Shown here: positions 53,219 through 64,000 of the stretch, one piece after another
Position numbering within the stretch: position 1 is the stretch's first letter
How the letters are laid out: each line of letters starts with the position of its first letter
NCBI RefSeq assembly: GCF_023055435.1
Contig: NW_025963857.1
Coordinates: 558,001-622,000, forward strand
Origin: Haliotis rufescens
Taxonomy: Eukaryota
Direction: 5' to 3'
DNA length: 64,000 nucleotides
Program-made: the position numbers and the translations under genes
The notes under the pieces: generated by a model
The model's database searches: none
What the model saw: only the letters and a program-made list of their open reading frames with translations
Told to the model about the DNA's origin: nothing

Positions 53219-54504
53219 CCTTAAAGGTACAGAGTAAAGTCAGTCTTAGAAAAAGGATGATCTACTCTGTCCTGCAGCTTTTAAATGGCAATAGTTACAT
53301 AAATAAGTTGCCAGCCTACATGGATTGCTGGGAGTAAAAGATATTTCAGAAACTGATCCACCTCATCACGACCCAATGTCAATGAATGTCAATGATGGTA
53401 TCCCCACCCTCTAGACATCTGGCATTCCACTTAATTTGTCTTGGCAACCAATTTAAGGGATGGTCACTTGAAGGGGAATTAAAAGAAAATTGGTCTCAAG
53501 ACTGTATCATAATTTTGCCGACGCCCCACCCCCCATATTTTTTGTGACAATCCCCCCGCCCACCACCATCAGACAAAAGTAACAATTAAGAAAAAAACAT
53601 AAAAAACACAAAATAATTCATTGATTTTTTTATTTGATTGATTTCAAAACTGAAATAATGGCATCTGCATACCTGATAAACTTTTCATGGCATTCAGCAT
53701 ACAGCTTTGGGGCATCAAGAATACCACTGAACAGAGTTCCAGTTCGACGATTTGTATGGGAGCCAATCACTCCATGAAAACATACAACAACTTCATATAA
53801 ACTCTTTAATGAGCTTTGTAACATATAATTTCTTTGTGCAACAAATAGGTTAATGATAAATAATAAAAAACAGAAAAAAGTGCCTACGTCCTTCACCACA
53901 TTATAAACATTATTGCATCTGTGAACACATTTCAACAAAGATATGAAAAAACATCTTAAGGCACTTCAGAGTGTAGTTCTCATAACTGTGATAAAAAAGA
54001 CTAATTTGTATCAAAAACACAACACGAGTACTAATAACATTGTTCTCTGATAAGTCAAAACAACACTAACATCACTACAACCACTAATATCACCAAAATA
54101 TTATTCCATCAGACTTGTAACTTTACCATGTTTACCAAATCAGGGACAAAACCATTTACGTTTAATATCTAAAACCTGTCAGAGCAGAGTTTTAGTACCA
54201 TCAAATATTGTGAATATTTTTTATCATTAACTTTCCCGAAAGTCTTTAATATAACATCGCTATATACATGTTGTATAAGATGATGATGGTAATAGTCACA
54301 ATGTTGCTGACATAAGTACAACGAGGCTGTTAGTTGAGTAAGACGAACAATCTAACAGGCTGTGTCGAGTGAACAGTAATTATTTGACATCAGTAAGTAT
54401 TTCAAGAAAAAAAAATTCCTCGCCATACTATGTGTAACACCAGTTCAATGCTAAATTGGTACAAAAATACACCCCCTGAACACGAAATAACACCAGCACT
54501 ACGC

Positions 54505-55269
54505 TTATGAAAATATGTGTTGTTCACATAAATCTCCAGAAACAGACTTGCTTTTATCACAGGTTATTAATTGCGGTTCACTATTCACATGCAACTGCCA
54601 AGAGTCTGAATCCTCCTTGTCCACTGTGGTCATCACATGAGTGTCTTCACTCTCTGCTTCTTGTGTGTGGTCATCTTGTGGATAGACTTTATCATAACGC
54701 ACATATGAAAAGTAACAGTCAAATCCGAATGCAATAGTATTGTCATACAAAACACGGTATCTTGTAGGTAGAAATAGAAAGTTGATCAACTGGGCTGGGG
54801 GCCATACAATCCAATCAGCTAGATATAATGTTTTGCCTTTTTCAACCAAGTCCTGCTTGACCTTGTCCCAGGAGTCATTTTCCATATAATTTAAACTCAT
54901 GAGAAACATTCCTATAAATAGAGGTGAACAAACCAACTGATCCACTAGAATTTTCTTAAACACAATCCGAAGTGTCCTCCCTGGCAGCCATCGGTCAAGG
55001 AACATGTACCAGAAGTGGCAGAGCGGACCTACAAGGAACCCCGTGCATGACACATGAAATGTTCGAGTCTTGTCCCATGTTCTGTTCTTGTGTTTGCAGA
55101 TCTGGAAGTTCTGCTGGACGACATCCCCAGTGAGGGAGAGTCCTACCGTCAGAGCGGTGTTGGTGTACAGGAGGTATTTCTTTGAAAATAGTTTCTTGCC
55201 TCCAATGCGAACGGATTTTAACACCGGTTTCCATGCCAGCTGAAGAATGCCATGTCCTAACTTGTTCAT
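54505..55269 (-). CDS. MPV17L2: Mpv17/PMP22 family protein, Mpv17-like protein 2 (single coding exon)
   Basis: 254-aa ORF with KYLLYTNT, GDVVQQ, HFWYMFLDRWLPG, KKILVDQLVCSP and DWIVWPPAQLINFLFLPTRYRVLYDN, typical of MPV17L2. There is an in-frame stop upstream of the ATG and an acceptor (TTTTCTTTTCAG) just upstream of 55310. Confidence 0.92.
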   Translation of the reverse strand: MNKLGHGILQLAWKPVLKSVRIGGKKLFSKKYLLYTNTALTVGLSLTGDVVQQNFQICKHKNRTWDKTRTFHVSCTGFLVGPLCHFWYMFLDRWLPGRTLRIVFKKILVDQLVCSPLFIGMFLMSLNYMENDSWDKVKQDLVEKGKTLYLADWIVWPPAQLINFLFLPTRYRVLYDNTIAFGFDCYFSYVRYDKVYPQDDHTQEAESEDTHVMTTVDKEDSDSWQLHVNSEPQLITCDKSKSVSGDLCEQHIFS

Positions 55270-55508
55270 GCTTGGAATAACGGCCTTGGAGTTAAGACAT
55301 CAAAGAAGCTCTGAAAAGAAAAGTTCACATAATCAATTATACGATAATGTAAGTTTCAGTTTAGTTTGGGTTTGATTATCCATGCAGTGCTAATTGAAAT
55401 CAGTGGCCCGGTAAAGTCCACTACACCCTCTATCAACCTCCTTCACTTCCAACTGGTGGCGAGAAAATGAAGCATTGAGAACTGGTTCAGAATAATAGCC
55501 CTCAAATT

Positions 55509-55648
55509 CACAGGAACTCGATGACAGCGTGTGTAGCATAATTTCAGAAAAAAAATCACACCCCTTGATACATATGCAGCCTATAGAGGGGTGTGATTTC
55601 TTCTATACGAATATAATATGCTTTGCACGCTATCATCGAGTCCCTGTG
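55509..55648. mobile_element. 140-bp foldback MITE in the MPV17L2 5' intron
   Basis: CACAGGAACTCGATGACAGCGTG / CACGCTATCATCGAGTCCCTGTG TIRs and an 8-bp TSD CTCAAAT(T/G). Confidence 0.72.
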
Positions 55649-55849
55649 CTCAAATGCTACTAGTCAGTGAAGGCTGCCATTATTGGATACTTAGTTGTAC
55701 TCGTTGATTTGTAGGCCTTTTTCAAAGGCCTGTAGAGACGTCCCGGTTAATAGTCAAACCGATGCAGTCTTAATCAATGCGTCAGTCATATGATCATATC
55801 CTCTTCTCACAAAACCTCACCCGCTTCTCTCCTTGCATCCACTCATCTT

Positions 55850-56160
55850 GTCAACACACTGGCCCTTCGAGCTCAAGGGCACCGGTTTTACGAAAGCATG
55901 ACCACCATGCCTAACAAAATATTATTTGTTAACCTAAAACGAACAACGAAAATATAAAATTGCAGTAAAGCTTGGTGAAGAATTAAGAATATTCTTTATT
56001 CTACTTACTATTAATAGTGTTATCTTACCATAATAGCATAACAGTGTTGGATACAAAAACAAATAACAATAATGATTGAATATTTCCAATTCAGATAAGA
56101 ATTCATATTTTTGTACTTGCCAGGCGGAAGTACAGCGCCATCTACAAGCGCCAAGTAAGT
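55850..56160. promoter_or_regulatory. Probable bidirectional promoter between MPV17L2 and the hnRNP C-like gene
   Basis: Divergent donors GCGG|GTGAGG (minus, 55821) and CCAA|GTAAGT (plus, 56155) lie about 330 bp apart, with an Ets-like GCGGAAGT at 56124. Confidence 0.5.
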
Positions 56161-57208
56161 GTACTTTTTACAAACATGTGGAAAGCACACCTATTAGATT
56201 AGCAGACATTATTTGTTACGTGATTATCTTTTGTGGAACTAACGTAATTCATTGTGAGGTTTTCAAAGGTACTTGTTAGTGAAGACAAATCCGTCGACTG
56301 CAATCATTCCAAGTCGTATTTTGGCTTACAGTGAAGTTCGTTCGCTGTTGATGGCGACACCAATTGTTTCAATGTTTGTGAAGACATCTGAATCTTGATT
56401 GCCTTTGGAACTGGTGTTCTAATGGTTGTGTTTATTGTCCTAATCATACCATTGAACACGAAGTTTTAGTGAAACACTTGACTTTAATGTATTTGAAGAA
56501 ATTATGTTCATGTGAGAATCAGACTGTTTCGTTTTGCAAGCTGGCCTTTAGTTATTGATTCATACTAAGAAAATGCCTGTAGATCGATGTCATTAAGTAG
56601 GCTGGTAAATAGTCACGATCTATGATGTGACATGGATGTCACACTGGATGATGACATATATGTAGAATTGGATACAAGGAGCAGATACATGATAGTGTCT
56701 TGATAACTGAATATGTTGGCAATATAGTGCACGTGATAGTTAATTGTTTCAATTATTCCTACCTGATTTTGATTGTAAAGGATAACAGTGCAGTTATTGT
56801 GTATTGTATTGATGCAAGTGGAATGTACCAATTTGTATATAGCAAGAATTTGGTTGTATGATGTTCTTAGTTAAAAAGCAAATGTTGACACGTTTACACA
56901 TAAGGCTTATTTATTCCTTAATTTGTACAGCACTGATGATTTTTATTAAACAAAGTAAGGTCTCACACACTGAGTTACATGAACAGAAGCCAGATGACAT
57001 GGTTAATAATTAATTTGTCTTGAGATTCACATTCCTTGAAATTATTAATAGTTTTTCTTCTTGGTAGAACCTTAACTTTTGAGTGAGTTAATTTTTCAAG
57101 GGATCTTTGTATTCAACATGTTCAAGTGGAAAAAAATCTTCATGTTTAATGCTTGAATATATATCCTGATTTGTTTTTCAGAAAATAGCTTAAAGTTACT
57201 GAAACTAC

Positions 57209-60200
57209 ATGATGATGAGACCACCAGGCATGCGACCTCCGGGGATGGGACCACCCAGGATGAGGCCTCCAGGGCCTGGTCCCCAAGGACCACCTCGACC
57301 CATGGGACCACCTGGTCCGCGTGGACCACCGAGACCGGGACCACCAGGGCCACAGGGACCACCTCGACCTCCAGGCCCACCAGGACCAGGGCCTGTCAGC
57401 AGTAATACAAATGATCCAGCATCTGCCAAGTCTCGAGTATTTGTTGGAAATTTGAACACTTTTGCTCTAAATAAAGAAGACGTAGAGCAAATCTTTATGA
57501 AGTTTGGATTAGTCACAGGAATATCCATGCACAAGGGTTATGCATTTGTACAGTATGGGCGAGAAATGGAAGCAAGAATAGCGGCAGGGGCTGAAGATGG
57601 GAAGAATTATGCTGGGCAGGTTATTGGTGAGTATCCAGCTTTACAAACTAACTCTAGTTTTCTTTTGAATGTTATTCCAGTATGTTTTCATTGATGGAAA
57701 TTAAATAAGAACATCTTCTAGCACAAATAGTGATAACATGGCAATACTTACCAAAGTGTTTGAAATTCTACTATCCCTTAGGATACCTTTAACATTACAA
57801 AACTGGTCCTGGCTAGTGCTAATTTCAATGTGTGGGTTTGTCATAATGTCTACAGACTAGTAGTGGGACGATACACTGCATAAGTGTGTCATGGTTTTTT
57901 ATTTCTCAATACAAGTATTGATCACAGTCGTACATTAAGTAACATATTTTGATTTTTGCTTAAAGTTAAACATTTACTTTTTTAACTGTTACCACAAACA
58001 TTAGTAGTAAAAATTTGTAGTGAAAACGTATATATTTTCATCCATTGCATCATACTTGACACTGCCAACTGTAAATCGTCAGGTATTTGGCCATCCTGTC
58101 TATGAAAATGATGGCTTACATATCACAGATAAGAGCACATGCAATTATAGTGATATGTAGCAGATCGTGAGCATGGTATCTGATGTGTATCAGATTGCAC
58201 AGTTTGTGTAATGTCCCAGTCCTACTACAGACATATACCCGTGAAGATCCGGGGTAGAATAGGTCTTCAGCAACCCATGCTTGCCGTAAAAGGTAACTAT
58301 GCTTGTTGTAAGAGGCAACTAACGGGATCGGGTGGTCAGGCTCGCTAACTTGGCTCATGCATGTCATTGTATCCCAATTGCGTGGATCGATGCTCATGAT
58401 ATTTTTCATTGGATTGTCTGGTCCATGCTCGATAATTTGCAGACTGCCGTCAATTAGCTGGAATAGTGCTGAGTGCAGGTTAAACAACAAACAAACTAAA
58501 CAAAAGAAATACTACAGACATAAATAATTTAGTTTCTACATTGGGTATCGTATGTGAGAGAGACTACCCTGTGGTTCATGGAAGCTTCATCACAATACTT
58601 TATTACCAGATCATTGATACTTTACAGCTTTGTATACCCTACGCTACTCCATCACCCATGAGACCCGTGAAGATCCGGGGTAGAATAGGTCTTCAGCAAC
58701 CCATGCTTGCCGTAAGGCATTTATGTTTGTCGTAATAGGCGACTAACAGGATCGGGTGATCAGGCTCGCTGACTTGGTTGATGCATGTCATCGATCCCAA
58801 TTGCTTGGATCGATGCTCATGATAATAATCACTGGATTGTCTGGTCCAGTCTCGATTATTCACAGACCGCCGTCATATAGCTGGAATATTGCTAAGTGCG
58901 GCGTTAAACAACAAGCAAACCATGACCCATGAATACATATGGCCAGTTTACGGTGTTGTTACTATAATTAACAAACTAATCCAGCGACAGCCTGTTTCAT
59001 GTGATAGACAAACCAACAAGTGCTCACACGAATGAGTACTCATTGAGTACACAGAGCTCCAGATTAGCTGCGTATCTGCATAAAATACGCATCAGAAATG
59101 CAGAAATATGCAGTGAAATAAAATTCAAGCGTATCAAATATGCAACGAACATTACAGATACGCTACAAAAATAAAACTTGTGCGTATCATCACAATATTG
59201 TTAAGTAACCCTGCATATTCGATTAGCAAATCAAACTTATTTTGAAATTATATACAGACATTCCGTCAGCCTTGCCAAACTCCACGATGACAGTTACATC
59301 ATGATCATTTGCCATCACACTTTCTTGTGGAAGTATCGCAGTATTTTTGAGTCCTATAAAGCTCTCGAACCCACACGACAACAGTTTGCAGGGACTCGAT
59401 GAAGTGTTTTTAAATATTTAACTTGTGTGTAAAAACTAGTGGGTACCAGAAATTTGAATACCCAGATAGAATTACTGATACCCAATGATTTTAAAATGCA
59501 TGGGTAAAATACCCACAACACCAAAAGCTTATCTGGAGCTCTGGTTTTTTTATTTGACATTGTGTGCAACAAGTGTCTCATCTGTGTGGTATCTGCTCTA
59601 CACATTGCTTCACTGTAAAGCAGTGGTAGGTTTCACATAAGGTTCTTTCACTTAATAGGGCTCATTTGACATTCATGAGTTATACATGACCTAATTTCAT
59701 AAGCTGACTGTGTGTGTGTGTGTGTACGTGTGTACAGACAATGTAGGGAACGTAGTGTATGCAACCCGTGAAGATTTGTCCATGTTCAATATGTCGTATC
59801 TTGATCCATTAAAATGTAACCTGTATAACTGAGTTGTGGACATGCTGTGATCTGACTGTGCACCAGAGTCCTCAAGCTGTTGTTGCATTTATTGACTGAC
59901 TTGACATGTCTGGATTCCTAACATGCATAACCCATTATTATCTCCACTAAGAAGTAATCTGTACCAAGTGAATCAGTGTGCTTTTAAGTGACAATAACAG
60001 TATTAAGATACTGGTTCTTCTTCCAGCAACAAATATAGCCTCTGAGCCGAAGGGTCGTGGAATCAAGAAAACACCACCCAATGAAAGGTGAGTTTCAACC
60101 ATTCCAGGGAATGTTAGCAAGGTGATAGTTTGTGCAGTTTGATGGAACAAGTGTTTAACATCTGTTTAAGAATGACAAGGGTTCAGTGTTAACATACCCT

Positions 60201-62416
60201 ACTTGTCGGCGTGGTCAGAGACTAGTAAGTCCAGGAAGGACGAGTGACATGTCTTTGTGGACTACCACTTTTACCAATTCTGTTGCAGATCATTTTTGCA
60301 GACTTGTGAAAATATAATCAATTTGTAACCCTGATGAGGCTGATAACTAATGTCATGTTAAACTAAGATTTAAGAAATTGTTTTTGTTTAACGCCACACA
60401 CTATATTCCAGTTACGTGATGGCAGTTTGTAAACAATAAAGTATGGACCAGACATTCCAGTGCTTTGGTCCTGTTATAAGTGTTTCTCTTTGCAAAGCTA
60501 AAATATTAGTAAATTTTAGTATGACCTGAACTGGGATTTCTTCTAATAATTTCAATTTTGGGATTTTTGTGTGATGATTCCTGTGGATCGTTGGTCAAAT
60601 TTAGGCTCCTGCGAATATTCTGTGTACAAGAATGTTGACCGTGTTTATGTCACTCCAAAAATTAGATGTGAAAGACATTTCACATTGAAGGTGATCAGTG
60701 AAAAAATAACCTTGAGGTCTGGAGTTGGTACTCAGTACTCAGTAATTAGACTGTCTGCCTCTTTGTTTGTATGTAGAATGTTTCAAATAAGTGTCTCTAA
60801 TCTGCAATATCATCTCATCATTCCAGGCGTTCAAGTTTGAATTCAAAGCCAACAACGCCGACAACTCCGTCAGTTAACTCCAGCATGAAGCGCACCCTGG
60901 TGACACTATCTGGCGACACATCAGAACCCCCTACCAAGAAGCCAACCCCCTCCACCTCCACCTCCAGTAGCGCCACCAAGTCGAAAATCTCCTCCATCAA
61001 CACAGGTGGGGAGCAACATTCCTAGCACTGTAGCTGACCTTTTAAATCTGATCTGTTACCAAAACATGATACCGCTCTGCTTGAAGATCTGATGACATAT
61101 CAAGCGATATAGCCAATCTTATGTAAATCTGATCTATTACTCACATAAGATACCTCTCTGCTTGAAGATCTGATGACATATCAAGCGCTGTAGCCAAACT
61201 TATGTAAATCTGATCTATTACTCACATAAGATACCTCTCTGCTTGAAGATCTGATGACATATCAAGCGCTGTAGCCAAACTTATGTAAATCTGATCTATT
61301 ACTCACATAAGATACCTCTCTGCTTGAAGATCTGATGACATATCAAGCGCTGTAGCCAATCGTATGTAAATCTGATCTATTACTCACATAAGATACCTCT
61401 CTGCTTGAAGACCTGACGACATACCAAGCACTATGGCCAATCTTATGTAAATCTGATCTATTACTCACATAAGATACCTCTCTGCTTGAAGACCTGACAA
61501 CATACCAAGCACTATGGCCAATCGTATGTAAATCTGATCTATTACTCACATAAGATACCTCTCTGCTTGAAGACCTGACGACATACCAAGCACTATGGCC
61601 AATCTTATGTAAATCTGATCTATTACTCACATAAGATACCTCTCTGCTTGAAGACCTGACGACATACCAAGCACTTTAGCCGATCTTATGTAAATCTTAT
61701 ATGTTACCCAAACACGATACCTCTCTGCTTGAAAATACGATGCCTGTCTGCTTGAAAATAGATGCCTCTCTGCTTGAAGCCCTGACAACCTCAACATAGG
61801 ACAGGTGAACCCTCAGCAAGTGTGGACTACCCCATCTAAGGGCCATGTACATAACATAATGGCACTAAAATACATGTATACTAAAAAGTATTCTTAGAGC
61901 CAAGTTCAACCTTTACTTGCTGATTCGGGGCGGTCGGGTAGCCTAGTGGTTGAAGCGTTTGCCGAAGACCCGGGTTCGATTCCCAACAGGGGTACAATGT
62001 GTGAAACCCATTTCTGGTGTCCCCCGCCGTGATATTGCTGGAATATTGCTAAAAGCGGCGTAAAACCATACTCACTCACTCACTCACTTGCCGATTCAAC
62101 AGTTTTTTTTGCACAGACAGCTTTAGACAGTCTTGTAGTAGTAAACATTTGCTTCTGTGTGCCTGTAGTCTCTGCTAATATGCTTGTATGAATATCACTC
62201 ATTAACATTGTTCATATCTGACGACCTGTGAAGATATGTGTTCGAATAGATCTCTGACTGATTATGATTTTTGTGCAGCCTCCGTGGACGTTCTGATCTG
62301 TGGTCGGTGCAAGCTCCAGTTTAACAGTCTACACAGTTTGGCACAGCACAAGAAGATTCCCTGTCGATTACGGTTCAGCTGCCAGTGCCAGAAAAACCCT
62401 CCGCCCCCCGTGTCAG
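57209..62416 (+). CDS. hnRNP C/RALY-family RRM protein with Pro/Gly/Arg/Met-rich N-terminus and a BCL11-like CCHC zinc finger; 3' end not found in window
   Basis: Exons 57209-57626, 60027-60087, 60827-61005, 62279-62416, all GT-AG and phase-compatible. The RRM NDPASAKSRVFVGNLNT...HKGYAFVQY...AEDGKNYAGQVI-ATNIASEPK matches hnRNP C (TDPRSMNSRVFIGNLNT...HKGFAFVQY...[21 protein letters not shown]). The last exon encodes DVLICGRCKLQFNSLHSLAQHKKIPC. Confidence 0.82.
58237..58505 (+). mobile_element. SINE family B copy
   Basis: Full length; TSD TACTACAGACATA. Confidence 0.88.
58662..58920 (+). mobile_element. SINE family B (structured non-tRNA head GACCCGTGAAGATCC..., (AAAC)n tail)
   Basis: Full-length copy with TSD ACCCATGA. 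Other copies: 58237-58505(+), 8616-8783(+), 2574-2803(-), 3857-3970(-), 6926-7112(-), 7381-7648(-), 9795-10040(-), 19086-19335(-), 30890-31010(-), 51728-51980(-), 60380-60462(-). Confidence 0.88.
59052..59543. mobile_element. hAT-like non-autonomous element
   Basis: TIR CAGAGCTCCAGATTAGCT / AGCTTATCTGGAGCTCTG; TSD not evident. Confidence 0.6.
61044..61780. repeat. 81-bp tandem array, about 8.5 copies, two subtypes
   Basis: Starts about 40 nt after the 61006 donor. Confidence 0.93.
61927..62087 (+). mobile_element. SINE family A copy
   Basis: Family A sequence; TSD ACTTGC(T/C)GATTC. Confidence 0.88.
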
Positions 62417-62886
62417 GTTGGGATGTCATCCTTTACCACGATATGATGTATCGATGAATATTTTATGGCAATGCTGTATACAAATTTGACATTGATAATA
62501 AGTTAATAATGCCACAGAATTGTTTCCATTTAAATTTTAAACTTATCCTACCTCACACTTTGCATTTCTTCTTCCTTCTTCGATCCTACATGGAAATGTG
62601 CTTGAACCATGTTTCCAGCTTCTAAAACAAAGTCATTCACCCAAACACACCCTAGCACCTCTATGGTATCGACCAACAACTGGGTCAATTATGTGCTCTC
62701 GTGCACGGTAACCTCCCACACTTCGACTGTGCGTCATTCTACCAACTCATTCTCTTTCTCATCGGCACCACGTGTGGATGTATTGCTTGGATAATATGTT
62801 GTTTTTTTTACTTATTGTGGTTTTGAGATTGTCTTCAAATGGGGAAGAAGGGTAAACTTCGTCCGGCTGGTGCTAAATGACGACAT

Positions 62887-63175
62887 GGGGGCATGGGTGG
62901 CTCAGTCGTCTAAGGTGCCGCAATTCGCTGTGCAGAGTTGCGTCCCTTGGGCACACCAGAAACCAATGATTGTGGGTTCGAATCCCGGTTTGCCCCAATT
63001 ATGTTTCTAGGTTTGTCAGCACCATACCCATGCTCAAGGGTTTCACCAAAGTGGTAAACGTCTTAGACTTGCATCACTTCGGGCTTTCCTCCCACATTAA
63101 GCTGATACGCCGTGATATAACTGGAATTATGTTAAAAGCGGTGTTAAACCAACCTCACTCACTCACTCACTCACT
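62887..63175 (+). mobile_element. SINE family C (tRNA-Leu/Ser-like head with insert, V-domain-like body, (ACTC)n tail)
   Basis: GGTGGCTCAGTCGTCTAAGG A-box region, GGTTCGAATCC B-box, and TTTCCTCCCAC body motif. Copies at 20511-20783(-), 24072-24321(+) and 2232-2367(-, internally deleted). Confidence 0.82.
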
Positions 63176-63299
63176 AAATGTTGACACACATATTCAACGT
63201 CAGATGCTTACAAGTTGTGCTGTGATTGTCGTGACTAGTGTACTTTGGACTCTAGATGCAGGAAATGTCATTTCTTGGAAGATTCTGCCTTCAATTGCT

Positions 63300-64000
63300 A
63301 GACCATAGATCTAAGACTAAAGATTCCAGCAAAACATTGTCTAAGAAAACAGAAGTCATGTCTTTCACTCATGCAGAAGCGATGGTACTCTTGGTTATAG
63401 ACGCCACGGTCTCCGACAGATTTCAACAGATTATGTCACCCTACCCGATCTCACGACCACTCCTCTGTCATTTCTCCATTCCTGAGTCAACCCTTCTTCA
63501 ATTTCGGCGACTGCTCCAAACAACGCTCTCACCTAGTCGGTTGGACCTGCTCCTCCGTTCAAGATCCCCCTTTTATATCAGTCAAGTTTGCACAGTCGTG
63601 GGAGGAAAGAGGCTGCTCATCAGGACGTTCCCGATCGTCAGAAGGAAGCCACACAGGATCGAAATCAGTGTCTAAGGATCAAGATTGGCGCTCCCACTCT
63701 AACTCTAAACGCTTCTCGGACCACGATCATACACACTGCTCCTACGTTCGGCGCTCCCCAGACCCAGACAGGCATCTTAGAAATCCTCTCATGAATCGAG
63801 GTCCACCTTGATTTCAGGTGATCAAATTTCAGCTTGTTTCCCCTTGGGATGGTCTTCCTATTACAGAGATCGCCTCCCTATCATAGATTACCATCACTAA
63901 CATGGAATTTACAGCCAGTGGGAGTATCCACGCCATGACACCTACACAGCGTACCACCTGTGTTATGTATACCTGTACCCACCTGGGTTTGCAGATCTGC
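63300..64000 (+). mobile_element. Possible decayed DIRS-like retroelement gag/RT junction
   Basis: Compositional shift to C-rich coding-like sequence with broken ORFs (LQFRRLLQTTLSP...LLRSRSPF). Only a weak motif resemblance. Confidence 0.3.

Noticed and set aside
57227-57395. Collagen call for the GPP-rich segment
   Set aside because: The Gly-X-Y register is interrupted, there is no signal peptide, and it is fused to a nuclear-type RRM.
61044-61780. Hammerhead-like motif in the 81-bp array (CTGA(T/C)GA-CATA...TATG-TAAA-TCT...AGATA)
   Set aside because: The catalytic GAAA is TAAA in every copy and stem I cannot pair at its base, so it is probably coincidental. An Infernal search or cleavage assay would settle it.

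Overview
This is eukaryotic (animal) genomic DNA, AT-rich and repeat-dense. The SINE repertoire suggests a gastropod mollusc such as abalone (inference, not verified). Four intron-containing host genes were reconstructed by hand with consistent GT-AG splice phases: dysbindin/DTNBP1 (+, 8 exons), FBXO31 (-, 9 exons), MPV17L2 (-, single coding exon), and an hnRNP C/RALY-type RRM gene (+) that appears to splice onto a BCL11-type CCHC zinc finger and runs off the window. There is also a spliced but truncated P-element/THAP9-like transposase N-terminus. Mobile DNA includes a CACTA/EnSpm-type element nested in a hAT MITE, four SINE families, several MITEs, LINE and Penelope remnants, and more than 12 tandem arrays. 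The most notable observations are: (1) four tandem arrays whose unit contains a functional splice site plus the exon edge, creating up to about 18 competing decoy splice sites; (2) the RRM + BCL11-like zinc-finger architecture; (3) a non-tRNA SINE head that folds into a pseudoknotted RNA with a ribozyme-like element; (4) an inverted Penelope-type 3' end with degenerate hammerhead cores. Most ORFs in the supplied track are artefacts of repeats.
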